Assembly: GCA_038496445.1 (NCBI GenBank)
Contig: JALMLS010000385.1
Location: forward strand, 186,001-250,000
Length of the DNA: 64,000 bases
DNA from: Trichosphaerium sp. ATCC 40318
Lineage: Eukaryota > Protista > Tubulinea
Direction: 5' to 3'
Shown here: positions 1 to 12,326 of the stretch, piece by piece
Numbering within the stretch: the first letter of the stretch is position 1
Layout: each line of letters opens with the position of its first letter
Notes under the pieces: model-generated
Seen by the model: only the letters and a program-made list of their open reading frames with translations
Database searches by the model: none
Told to the model about the DNA's origin: nothing
Translations under genes and position numbers: made by a program

Positions 1-62
1 TCACGTGTGGTAAGTAATAATTCAATATGATATTTAAAAGTAGGAGCGTTATCCATGATAGT

Positions 63-1154
63 CTAAAACATAGGCTTTCCCTTCCAAGCGCGGAAAACAG
101 CAACAACGTGGATTTTTTTAATCTTCCAAAAGTAAGTCTCATCAGCCAACCAGTTTATATACTTGAACCTCGTAGCAGCTTTTAAATCAGGTTTAGGTAC
201 TGGTTTTAATAAACCAAATAGCCTTATTGATTTTCTGCCTATAGAAGTCTTTGCAGCTAATTCTGCAGCTCTCTGTGCAACTCCGCCAAAAACTCTTTGT
301 GCAGCGTTTCCCGCTGCTTGTCCTCTTGATGCAGCGTTGCCTATGGCTGTTACAGCCTTGCTTGGCATGGCTGCTTTGATCATAGCGAATCTAGTCCCTG
401 GTGGGACACGTATCATCTGAATCATTATATCCTTCATCCTGATAGCTCCCCCAAACAACGCTCGCGCTTGTGTGAGCACTATTTGAGCATTTTTTGGCAA
501 CTTGGAGAAAAAGTATACACCGGCTTTTCCAAGTCCTGTTACAGCGATACGAAAGAATACTCTCGATACTGCTGCAATTACAGTACCCATAATTTTGATC
601 GGAACTTTGAGCAATTGACCCAAAAAGCCGAGAATAGGCTTCGCAATAGGAGCAGCGATTGCTTTAATACCTGCTGTAAGACCAATTCTAGCAGCAACGC
701 GGAGAACAGGCAGCACACCCATTGTCATAGCCGTTTCCGCTATAAGCTCTGATACATGATCTCTAGGCGCCTCTCCAGTCCATTTGCATGTGCATTGGCT
801 GTTCGTGCACAATAGAATTTGATACTTCGCGCAACGCGGTTTGCACAAGTTCTTACCGCATTGAACTGCTTTGTTGTTGTTTTTACCAGCAGCAGTTATA
901 CAGCTTGTTAATTTAGGTCTAGAGCATACAGAGGAGTACCCTGTTACTAGGTAACGCTTACAGTACACTTGAATACAAGAAGCCTGGTTGTTGCGTCCCT
1001 GAAACTTCATTTTCTTCAAGCAATACATAAAGTCTTGCGGTTCGCATGTAATGTAGTCTTCGTGGTATCTAAACGCTTGGACTTCTTCTCCTGCTTCTGC
1101 TACTGTAATGTATAGTAACGCAATGCATGCTACGAGTAGCAACAAATGTTGCAT
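63..1154 (-). CDS. Secreted protein, intronless, 363 aa: signal peptide, Cys-rich domain, long cationic/amphipathic Ala-Gly-Lys-rich C-terminal region
   Basis: Open 363-aa ORF. Signal peptide MQHLLLLVACIALLYITVAEA; two C-x7-C-x13/14-C-x4-C units; C-terminal half nearly devoid of acidic residues. Confidence 0.75.
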   Translation of the reverse strand: MQHLLLLVACIALLYITVAEAGEEVQAFRYHEDYITCEPQDFMYCLKKMKFQGRNNQASCIQVYCKRYLVTGYSSVCSRPKLTSCITAAGKNNNKAVQCGKNLCKPRCAKYQILLCTNSQCTCKWTGEAPRDHVSELIAETAMTMGVLPVLRVAARIGLTAGIKAIAAPIAKPILGFLGQLLKVPIKIMGTVIAAVSRVFFRIAVTGLGKAGVYFFSKLPKNAQIVLTQARALFGGAIRMKDIMIQMIRVPPGTRFAMIKAAMPSKAVTAIGNAASRGQAAGNAAQRVFGGVAQRAAELAAKTSIGRKSIRLFGLLKPVPKPDLKAATRFKYINWLADETYFWKIKKIHVVAVFRAWKGKPMF

Positions 1155-1917
1155 GTAGACTGAGCTGGTTGTGGTTCAAATGCTGTTTAATACTTTATGA
1201 ACCTTTTTTGGAAGTTATCGACTATTTGGTAAAGAACAGTCAAACCAGCTAACAGCTGTAGTTCTGTTACCAGTGATAGAGAAACGTAGGTACAACACCT
1301 TGAGAAGTACACTATGAAAACGACACGTCAACAGCTTTCCGATGGAGAGAAACGCCTTTTCTCCTCTCCAACGAAAGCATCATATACGCGTAGTGTTCAT
1401 AAATGAAAAGAAAATCTACAGGACAACGTGGTACAGAAGTTTTGGACAGTGACCGTAAGAAAGATCAACAGTGTTAGTTAGTTGTTAACGACATCAATTA
1501 GAACAAGAACGAGTCATAAACAGGTTTGAACGGGGTAATAATACAGTTAATTTTTCTTTTGCCGTACGCTTCTTCCTACACATATCCCTACGCGTAAAAA
1601 CATATTCTAGGCCGTTTTTGCGCTTCTAGCTATTTTACTAGCAGCAGGAAAATTATACAGCATATATGACCTGGTAAAAACCTATACTATGCTTGAATAA
1701 AGCGTTTACAAATTATTCTAGGTGACAGGTAAGTTTGACAACACGTACACCCTTTACCTAACAAACGCTATGTCAACGAACGTACGTGTACGCCTCGGCA
1801 TTCAAAAAAATAACAGGCCGCTTGTAAGTTATTTTATGCGTGCTTATTGTTTGTAGCTGGTTGTACTTTCTGAAAGCTTGTCAAGCGCTTCTTTTATACT
1901 TGCAGCTATTTATACAA

Positions 1918-2171
1918 TGCAAGTGAGCATTTCAGGATGTAAATGGGCAACAAACAGGATGATGCAAGCTCTTATTCTGGTAAATGTTATTCCTATTATT
2001 TTTCTTTTTTTTCTGGCATCCACATCTCTCCCTCTTCCAGTCTATCTGTGGTTCCACGGCGGCAACGTATTGTACTGTATTGTTTGCATGTACGTTAGGC
2101 ACTTAATTATGGACTCTGTAGAACAGCTTGATGATCTCAAAGCTCTAAAATACAACCACAAAAGTGTTTAA
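1918..2171 (+). pseudogene. Possible carboxylesterase relic
   Basis: LPVYLWFHGG resembles the carboxylesterase LPVxVWIHGG motif and QLDDLKALKY resembles LLDQxxALKW, but they are too close together and no full gene is present. Confidence 0.25.
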
Positions 2172-2311
2172 CATTTTTTTTGATACTTGTACAATAAACG
2201 AAGCAAATACTAACGTATGATTACGTTCAATCGCTCTTCTAAACCGTAAGGAGGCCACTTAGATTTTATAACACGTGTTAAGAATAATCTGACTTTTCAG
2301 AAAAACGTACA

Positions 2312-2370
2312 ACGCGAACTGCCACATCCCGGTTAGCAGCCGAACCCCTTAACCACTTGGACAACCTGTC
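2312..2370 (-). pseudogene. 3'-truncated tRNA-Ser(GCU) gene fragment
   Basis: Minus strand reads GACAGGT TG TCC-AAGTGGTTAA-GGG G TTCGG-CTGCTAA-CCGGG ATGTGG-CAGT-TCGCGT: 5' acceptor strand, D arm, anticodon arm (GCT) and long variable arm. No T arm or 3' acceptor strand follows. Confidence 0.7.
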
Positions 2371-2523
2371 TTGTTCTTGTTAACTAAACACCAAGAAAAT
2401 GGGACGTTGAAAACAATCCGCTCAACAAGGGTAGAACACAGGTCGTTGTAACCACTCACAAACCAAAGCAGACACCACACAGATACTCTGTAAAAAAAAC
2501 CAGTTCAAACGTTGTAAAGCTGT

Positions 2524-5500
2524 TTAATAGTTGAAAGTAGTTGATAACGTTGCTGTACTATCTTCTCCAACCATCACAGTGTATGTTCCTACAATCAATA
2601 TTCAATAATTTTCTTGTTACTACACGTGTTTAATACCCTTCTGTATGCGGTAAGCCATAGAGACATCATAGTATCCAAGTTGAGAAACATCCATTTCGAT
2701 ACTCACTGTTTTTTTCTCACCTTTGACCACGTGTACCTTATTCCATCCGCCAAGCCACTAAAGTCAATAGTGTTAGTTTAAAGTCCTAAATACTAACACC
2801 AATATATACGCGTACTTTCCAGTATCGAACAATAGGAGACACTGGGAACTTGAGATATGCCTAGAAAGATTTACGTTTAATTAAAACTCCGACTTCTTTT
2901 CGTCCTTACTTGAGCGACCACATCACCATCTGTTGATCCTGTGTTCTCTACTTGAGCAGTAATTGTTACTTTAGATCCAGAAATAGAGGCAGTAGGATTA
3001 GAAAACGTGAAACTGGAGTAAGATAGTCCATAACCTACAACAGTAAGAAAAAATACAATCGCTCTTCTGTTATAGCAAAAATCAGTGAGACCACCGTACC
3101 AAAAGGAAATAATGGAGTAGATGGTTGAAACACGTATTGCCTGTACTCCGTTTTGAAGTTTGCAAGCCATTTGCCTTCTGTCAATGAATACCATGGATTA
3201 CTTGGACCACCAACCTGAAATTGGTATCAATAAAATGCACACTATCAAGGATTTATCACGTGCCTGTCCAACAGTTCGAACCCAAGATCTTGTGGTCTTA
3301 CCAGATGGATTACGTACACCTGAAATAAGCTCCCAAATAGCACTTCCTCCTATTGACAAGTAAGTACGCCGGTAGGACAGTCTTGAGATGTACCTTCTTC
3401 TCCAGGTCTCCATGCAGAAAACAATGTAGATATGTTGGCTAGTACAGCGTTACCTTCTCCAAATGTTACAGTACGTCCTAATATGGTAGAATTAGCGTTA
3501 ATAGCAATGCGTTTAAGATATGAGTACCATGTATCAAGACAACAATTGTTGGTTTTCCTGATTTTTTATTAGCTGCTGCAACTCTATTCATACCAGTTAA
3601 CAATAGGTTACTTTGATTTCAATAGTACTGTGTCAGAAGTGCCATCTGTCCTCCAGGAAGATCCAAGTTTGCTCTGTCACCCCATTCGGCGCTTGTGTGA
3701 AGACTATCACCGATAACAAGGATGGTAGCATCTTAAAGAGAAGTTAGGAAAAGCATGATTTTTGTAGTACAAGGTACCTGATGCTTCAGCTAGTTTTACT
3801 GCATCTTCGACTTTGCTAATGTTTGATTACATATGCAACACATCTAAGTAGAAACGGCTTTTCTTACCTTGTATCCTTTGAATCAGTCGGAGCTCCTTCT
3901 AAATACTTGACACTGATTTTACTGCCAACGTCTTGTAAAAAAGTCAGAAAAAGAAAAAAGGAAGTAACAAAAAAGAAAAGCAAACCTTGCTGAATCGCTT
4001 CAAACACAGTTGTTACTTTAGCTCCGTAACTTGTGTAGCTAAAACATTATAAGCTTTCTTGATAGTAATATCAAGGCTAACCTGCCAAGTTGGTTTTTCT
4101 CTGCAGCTGGACCATCTCCATTCTGATAACAATATTGAGAACACGTGAAGGAAAGAAAAAGAAATAAAGTACCGGTCCAATAACAGCAATAGATTTGAGC
4201 TTTGATACATCAAGAGGTGAAGATCCATCGTTTTGAAGCAGTATTACACCTTTAAACACATTTAGTCAAACAATCAACATGAGAAAAGAATGCTACATTA
4301 CCTTGAAGTGCTGCTTCTTTTGCAAGCATACGATTTTTATCGTTATCTAATTCTTTGGTGTTTTCTGGGTCTGTCATTGGATTATCGAAAATACCAGATG
4401 CTATCTTTGTTGCTTTAGTATATCACGTGATTGGATTTATCAAAAACATAAAAGAAATATCGGGATACCTTTTGACGTAAGACATTGCCAACAGACCTAT
4501 CTAAGGTTGCTTGTGATACTGCTCCAGACTTTACAGCCTATTTAAAAGCGTTAGCACAAGTTAATAGTACTTTCACATGACTTACTGTTATGAGATTAGT
4601 GTATGTGTTACCGCCAAGGTCAATATCTACACCAGCATTGATGCCAAGAGAAGCGGCACCCGTTGCATCTTCTACAATGTTAAAGTCTTGTAGAACTCCA
4701 ATCTAAAACATAAGTCAACAGCAATCTACTTTTCATACTACTCAATCAGTCGTACGTCATTGGCATCGCTCATCGTAACTCCTTGAGTCCAATTGAATTG
4801 CTTTCTTAGTACATCTTGAAGTAGATATGGATTTCCATGACAAGGTACACCATTGATGGTGTTGTGTGCAACCTACAGCGGTACCAAGGTTAGTTTCACA
4901 ACCAAGAATAAAATAACCTTATTAGTACGTACCATAAGACCTCTACCTCCCGCTTCAGTGTATGCTTTCCAAGGAGCGAGATAAATCTCGTGTAATCTTT
5001 GCAACGAAAGATCGGCTAAAGGGTAAAAATTGGTTTACCAGTTGGTAGAATCAATCATACCTGGAGATGCATTGATACCTCCCTAATTTAATTAATGACA
5101 GTACAATTATTTATAGTAGTTGCGTACCTGTGTCAATCCGTATGCAGCAAAGTGTTTCGCAAGAGACATACTTAACATTGTTATAATTGGCGTTCGTGTG
5201 ACTAAAAACGCACGTGTATTTTGGGTTTAAGTACTCATCAGCTGACTGTATTCCGCCACCTTGAAATGCTTGAGTAGCATGTTTGGTAATTGCAGCCAAT
5301 AAGACCTGTTGATAAAAGGTCAATCAAACGTAGTAAAAGTACTAATTGTATTACAGGATCTTCAGTGTAACCTAGACATTTTATTAAAACACATTTAAAC
5401 AGTGGGTATTACCTTCTTGTTGACGTCCAAAACGAGGATCTATGTATCAGTATGTCAACAAGTACAAAAGGAGAAGTGTAATTGTAAGCACAAGAGTACC

Positions 5501-6410
5501 TGTGAACAAATTTATAACTGGAGTGAATCCCTAAATGAGATTGAGAAACAACAGAAGACAAGATATCGAGTGTACCATGTCTGCACCATTTATACGAGCT
5601 TCTCTTCCAATTGTATCGTACACTTGTGTTATCAAAGACATGTTCCAAGATGGTCCTAAACCACAAGACTGTGGAAACACAGTGGCATGATTACCTTCAC
5701 TCTTTAGTTGATAAAAAACACTGTTACGCAACCTCCTGAATGTAGCGCCTAAAACAGCAGTGAGAATTTTATGTATTGATAGGATCCGTAGGTACTAACC
5801 TCAACGTAGAAACCAATAGGGATACCTAGGCGCAAGAACAACGTTAGGCACGTGTTTATGATTATGGAAATACTCACCAAGCCTTGTATTATTCATCATG
5901 TATTGTTGAAGCTTATTCCTTGTTTCTAGAAACGTATAAAACACAACGAATGACTTTAAGGCCTTGTTTGTGTACCGATGATAGATACAGGAGTTCCTTC
6001 GCTTACAAAACGATACCTATAGTACCCGACGCCTGAGAGACATAGTTAATAGACAGAAACACGTGTTTTTTTTGGTTTTAGTGTAAAATACCTGTTTGGC
6101 CATATTCCTGTTCGATCTTCTCAGGGGTTTTACCCTCAAGTAATAGAAGTTGGTTTACCTTGAAGAATTAAGAAATCGTTTCAGTGTAATGGTAGAAAAA
6201 TGAAAACAAAAAACTTTTCGCTTACTTTTTCTTCAAGCGTCATTTTAGAAAGCAAATCATTAACCCGAGTGTTAACAGGTAATGCAGCATTCTTATACAG
6301 CGGGATTGAAGCACCTTTGTGTTTTCAGCGTTAGTAGTACACGTGTTTTGTTCAGGCGTACCTGCTATGCATAACATCGTTACAAGTATCACAAAAAGAC
6401 TGGACGACAT
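2524..6410 (-). CDS. Secreted glycoside hydrolase family 3 (beta-glucosidase/xylosidase-like) with C-terminal Fn3-like domain; >20 short introns
   Basis: Spliced exons give signal peptide MSSSLFVILVTMLCIAG, ATVFPQSCGLGPSWN, DPRFGRQQEG, AKHFAAYG, nucleophile region GVTMSDAND, VILLQND..IAVIGP, GYGLSYSSF and VENTGSTDGDVVAQ. Confidence 0.92.
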
Positions 6411-7337
6411 GGTGTCAACGTCTTTGTAGCTAACTGATTTTGAGAACAACAAGGACCATATGATATCAAATGGCAGCTTGACGCCGTACGTTAATTTAAC
6501 ATGGGATGTAACTTCAACGGTATGTTGTTTCTAAACACGACTTTAAATTTTTTCAATGACATTTCTTCCAGTACACATTTCATCTGTAACCTAACCTTCA
6601 TTTTTTAATACACTGGCACACAGCACATGTTGGCGGTTCGGCAAAGTCCACAACAAAAAGTTTACGCCATTGGCTTCACAATTTTGTGAGCTAGAAAATG
6701 ATTGCATCAACGGTGGTGTCATCTTTTACTGCGGTTCGTTGTGCTATCGCGATCGTCTGTACTTTAAGTTTGTGGTTTATAGATGTACCAGCGTAATAAA
6801 AGTTAAAGTGTGTTGCGCCTACGCATCAAATGGCGCGTGGCACTAAGAAAAGTCTGTTTGTACAACTGCTTCTTTTTTTGCCATTTTAGGCTAAAAGCTT
6901 GCTTGGCGCTCAGTTTATAGTAGCCTGGTCAACATACTTGCGTATACGTTTCTTTGGTTTAGCTGTTCGTAGACAACTACTCAACGTTATTAGTCTCGTT
7001 CGAGCCCATTCTGATGTACTAGAGTATAAAAAATAGTGCAAGTGCTACAGTCACATTGTTTGCGTCAAAAGCAGTTACTAACGAATTAAATTTGGCTTTA
7101 CACGCTACACAGTCGCAAAGTAATTGCACAAGTACGGTAAAAGGGTAATTGTGGTGCACAACCCGAATAAGAATAACTATGTTCGGGTTTACGCGTTAAA
7201 TAGTTTTACAAGTACTCATAACCACGAAGAGAGTATTTTTGAGAGTTTGGGTTATTGGGTATTTGAATGAAAACTCAATGTAATTTGCTATTTTTCATAG
7301 TTTTGAAGTCCAAACTTAGCAACAACACCTCCTCACA

Positions 7338-7715
7338 ATGAAAACAGCAATTTACCATGACGGTCAGTGGAAAAGAGAATTGATTCCAGCCGGAGACAAT
7401 ATTTCTGACTCATTCGCTCACATCATCCACAGAGGAGACAAAGTAGAGAAGCAACACTGCGGCTCTGGACCAAAGTTTCTTGCTGAGGGGTTTCTTCACT
7501 TCTGTGTCATCCCAACATACAAGAAGTACGCTACCATTTACCACGATGGTGCCTGGAAGGTATCTATGACCGATAACGTCCCAACAATCAGCGAGGAGTA
7601 CCTTCACTTCACCTTCGAAACACGCTCAAAAGCCATTATCAAGCTCCATGCTGGAGATGTATCCTTTTTGGTAAGCGGACTTGTTGCAACTGCTAGCCAC
7701 GTAGGTTGGGCTTAA
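7338..7715 (+). CDS. Hypothetical 125-aa protein with internal duplication
   Basis: Intronless ORF with coding-like composition; repeat IYHDGQWK...ISDSFAH / IYHDGAWK...ISEEYLH; AATAAA shortly after the stop. Confidence 0.6.
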   Translation: MKTAIYHDGQWKRELIPAGDNISDSFAHIIHRGDKVEKQHCGSGPKFLAEGFLHFCVIPTYKKYATIYHDGAWKVSMTDNVPTISEEYLHFTFETRSKAIIKLHAGDVSFLVSGLVATASHVGWA

Positions 7716-8287
7716 AAAGTCTTGTAGACGTTAGAAATAAAAAACTCCCCGAGCACTTCTTTGGGTTTAGTTACCACTACGCGTACTCCAGCTAATAGCT
7801 GCCAACTTGTTTTTTTTGGAACTGTCTTTTTTGTCTTGAAAGGCTCTTACAAGAGCAGAGTAACCTTGATTTCGCGTAGCGGGAGTGTACATAAGTTATT
7901 CAACACCTAAAAAAATACTGCTACGCGTTAAAAACCAACGAATCGGTTTTTGTACAATTTACGCGTTATAACTGCAGATCAATTTACGTTGCAAGGTTGC
8001 GTTATACATGTGTTAACTACACGTCTCACCATTTGTTTTCTGAACTTTGTTTCGCTTGAGCTGTTTGGTTTTCTTTGTAGTTTAAAAAGGACTCCTGCGG
8101 GATTCTATTCGATATCTACGTGTTTCACCAAAGCCCTTGATTTCTAATTTAGTCCAAGCTTTCTAGAAGTTTTTACCCCGTTTCTACTTTCGTAAGAGCA
8201 GCAAATGAGGTAAAAACAATTCAGTTTACTGTATTATCTTGTGCCTTTACGTATCACTGCCATTAATCTTTCAAAAAACCCCAAAAC

Positions 8288-9650
8288 ATGTTTAGTGGCA
8301 TCTCTGTAGACGACTACATGCGCTGTGTAGCTGTGCGAAAGGATTTATTGCGTGCTCAGTCTAAAACAATTGATTGGACGCAATTCGACACTTTTCTAGC
8401 CTGGTTTTGTGCACAGAATTATACCTTTCCCGTAGCAGAGAATCATCTCATTCTTTACCACGATAAATTGAAACTGAACGATTACATGCCCACGACCGTT
8501 TATTCGATATTCAATCAGATTGGGGACTGTTTTACACTACAAGGCATGATAAAACAACAATGGATAAGAGAATTCCCCGTTTTGGAGCGTTTATTGTCTA
8601 GAGACGTTGAATGCCACAAACCTGAAAAGGTACGAAACAATCTAGGGCTACTGTACGACTTTATACCCTATTTAGGCAACTGGTTTCACAAAGAACAATT
8701 GCATCGCCTTTTTTAACAATGTAAACCACGGAGGTGATGGCAAGATACTTCAGTATAAAGTAGCGCTTGTTTTAGGCAACTTTGGTGGGTTGCGAGTAGT
8801 CGAGATGAAAAACCTTTGTTTCGAGCATGTAAAACTCGAAAATCATCCGGTTCATGGAGTACACTACAAGGTTTGTTTGTTTGCTGGGCGTTTTTCTAAT
8901 ATTGTTTGTAGATTCATGTGCTGAACCGGAAATACGGCTCATACGATTTCTTTGTCATCCCAGAAAGCGTCTCTCCTTGTTCTGGCTTTCAACTCTTGTA
9001 TTTTTATGTAAATTCATACTTCACTCCTGAAACACGTACTGGACCATTCTTCAGGCGTGTTGTTGGCGATAAATGCACTAAACAGCCTGTTGGGATCAAA
9101 ACTCTACAACAGTTCCCTACTATGATTGCTATGCACCTAGGGTTGCCTAACCCGGAGTCATATACAGGACGGTCCTTCCGTACTACACGAGCTACATTAT
9201 TAGAGTATGGGATGTGGGAATCAACTCAAGAAGCAATCACACAATACTTGACTAAAAAATCATCTATTAACGCTAGAATGCAACAAACTTTTACTGCCTC
9301 GGTACCTTTTTTTCGCTTCTTGACTTTTGTTGTTTATTGCTTTTATTATAGGAGACAATAGCACCTAGTGTTCCTCCTGGATTTATTTATGACCAAAGAT
9401 CTGGAAACTATATTCCAAGAGCTCCTTTACCTAATCTTATGTTAGCTAAACCATCAGCGCGAACAGCAGAAAGGGTATGTTTAGCAATACTGTATTTTCT
9501 TAAAATATTCTGTTTTTCAACGTTTGATGACATTCCATGCTTATGTTTTTTCTTCTATAGACTACCGCGTTTCAACCGTATCAAAACAATAACAAAAAGC
9601 GTAAAAAGATAAAGTGGCATAACATTGAAGCAGCGAACTTTAAAAAATAA
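8288..9650 (+). mobile_element. Intron-containing tyrosine recombinase gene (Crypton-like, possibly domesticated or degenerate), 5 exons
   Basis: Spliced product has box I LGNFGGLRVVEMKNLCFEHV, a middle region TGPFFRR..CTKQPVGIKTL..IAMHLGLPNPESYTG, box II variant YTGRSFRTTRATLL, GMWES...ITQY, and a C-terminal basic NLS KKRKKIK. Confidence 0.78.
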
Positions 9651-9883
9651 AAAAGAACCACCAGTCAACACATGTGTTGAAATACTGGAGCCAAGCCTGT
9701 AATTAAGAGCTTCAGTGTATACCCAATAAAAATGTGGCATATTTTCTACAACCAAGCTTTATGGAATTCTTTTTTAGTTAAAATGGCGAAGCGTGTGTAG
9801 GGTCTGTGCATACATTCGTTGCGAGAAGTTGTTAAGTGGAAAAGCAAAAACTGTCTTATTCATCAACGCTCGCAGTACCAGCG

Positions 9884-12186
9884 ATGAAGTACGCTTTTAT
9901 AGGATTGTGTGTCTTGTATTTGGCTGCAGCAAGCAAACCAAACGTACAACAACACGTTTTAAAAAACTTTGTGTTTATTTAATTTTAGATCTTGTACATT
10001 GTCGTAGATGACTTGAGACCTCAAATTACGGCGTATGATATCAATGCGCCAATGTATACACCCAATTTAGACCAGGTACGAGTTTTTTGTATCGCACGTG
10101 ATTATAGTGCGTAGGAAACTCACTAGCGCGAATTGGATGACAACGAATTTAACCGTTTTTAGTTCGCAAAGAAGAGTTTGGTGTTCAACCGCGCTTACTG
10201 CCAACAAGTACGCCACAACAACCCAGTCTATCGCTCAAAGTAGTCATTTCACTTATTGTATTTCTTGAGGCTGTATGTTCGCCCAGTAGAAACTCGTTTA
10301 TGACTGGTACAACTTTTTTGACATGTACCACGTGCTTGAAGAGCTTACTTTTGTGAAAAGGTCGGCGTCCTGATACAACCAAAGTATGGAACTTTCTCAC
10401 TGATTTTCGGAAAACAAATAAAGATTGGGTTGCTTTCCCGCAGTATTTCAAAGAGCATGGATATGAAACAACCGGTATGGGCAAACTGTATCACCCAGGT
10501 ATGCGTTTAACTAAGAGTAGTAGTTTTTCTTGTTATTTACTCATTGTTTTCTGTTTGAACAGGTCATCCACCAAAGGATGACGAACCTTACTCCTGGTCA
10601 CAAGATTACCCATATTTCGAACCTAATGGTCAAGTGGGAGGCTGTGCAAACGTTCCAGAAAAAGGTAGCTCACACGTTTGGAAAGAGTTTTGATTAATTT
10701 TGTAGGTGTCCATAATATCTCTTGTTATTGTGAAGGTGTAAGCTGTGTTGATCAACAACTTGCGGATTTGGCTGTAAAACGAATAGACGAAATGCTTGAA
10801 CAACCAAAACCTTGGTTTGTTGGTGTAGGCTTCCACAGACCCCATGTTGATTGGGAGGCTCCAAAAGTACATTTTCTAGTTTATAGAACCCTTACTCATT
10901 CTTTAGTCATCTTACGACATGTACCCAAATGTGTCTGCTATTCCTATTGCCTTGAATAAACTTGCACCGAAGGGTATGCCTCCAATGGCATTCTATAGTT
11001 GGGTGCTTCAAACATCAAAGCTTAGATCTACGTTTTCGTATTTCGGTAAGAACTTTGATGTATTCTTATGTAATTAAGCATTTTCGTTTTAGGGAGTCCT
11101 CAAATTCTTCCTGACAAACCACTTCCTGATGCATTGGTACGTAACTTGAGGCGAGGATATTTTGCAAGTGTTCATTATATCGATCAACGCATTGGTGAAG
11201 TTCTAAAGAAGCTTAATGACAGCAGGTAATTTCGAAAAATACTCATGATTCTTTTAATGTTAATTTTTACACAGTGCAGCTAATAATACAATTGTGATTT
11301 TCCACGGCGACCATGGATGGCAGTTAGGTAAGTAATATCTTTTTTGTATTCCAGTAGGACGTGTTCATTAATTTTAATGACAGGAGAACATGGTGGAATA
11401 TTTGGAAAACAAACAAACTTTGAAACAGGTGTTCGTGTTCCTTTGATGATTCATGTCCCTTGGATACAACAATCTCATGGTGTCAAAACACAAGCTCTTG
11501 TAGAGCTTGTAGATGTATATCAAACTGTGGCCGAGCTTGCAGGTCTTCCAGAACCACAAGGACTAGAAGGAACAAGTATGGCTCCTTTATTCAAAGACCC
11601 CACAAGTTCGGTAAACAATCTTTTTTGCTTTCCTTTACCTTATTTCAGCTTTAACTATTATTATAGATCAAAGACTATGCGTTTTCTCAATATCCACGAT
11701 GCCCATGTCCCAAAGGTATTTGTGATAATAATACACCACAATGGGCAGATCCTTGCACTGAGCATAAAGTACGGAAAGTAACAGTTGTATTAAAACTAAC
11801 TTCTCAAAGGCATCAAACTTCACTTACATGGGTTACACTGTTCGTAGTGATCGATGGAGATTTACAGAGTGGCGCAAATGGATTGGTGATACACTCAAAG
11901 CTGATTGGACAGGTACAAGTTCATTCACGAACAAAGAATTAACTTTTCTCTTTTTTAAAAATAGAATCTGGACTTGTTGGTATGGAGCTGTACGACCATA
12001 AAGGTACTTGCCATATCCTTGAGTTTATGATTTTACTAATATGTGATATCTTTAGGAGATCCAGGAAACAACTACGATATGTGGGAGAATGTTAATGTGG
12101 CAAAGGTCGATTTGTATCAAGATGTTGTTTCTCAACTGAAAAAAGTTCTAAAATCTCAGTTTGACCGCACTCGCTCTGAACAATAA
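9884..12186 (+). CDS. Secreted formylglycine-dependent S1 sulfatase, iduronate-2-sulfatase-like (copy A)
   Basis: Spliced: MKYAFIGLCVLYLAAASKPNILYIVVDDLRP...[25 protein letters not shown]...GKLYHPG...VGFHRPH...GDHGWQLGEHG; CxPxR motif intact. Confidence 0.93.
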
Positions 12187-12326
12187 ACAACTAAAATCGA
12201 ACTCTTGCGTTGTTGAATCCGAAGCAGCTCTTAACAATAAACAACAGTTTCCATTTGTAAAAACCTTAACTACCCTTTTTGACCATTTTTGACATTTTAG
12301 GTACGTTACACTAGAAGCTCTGTAAG

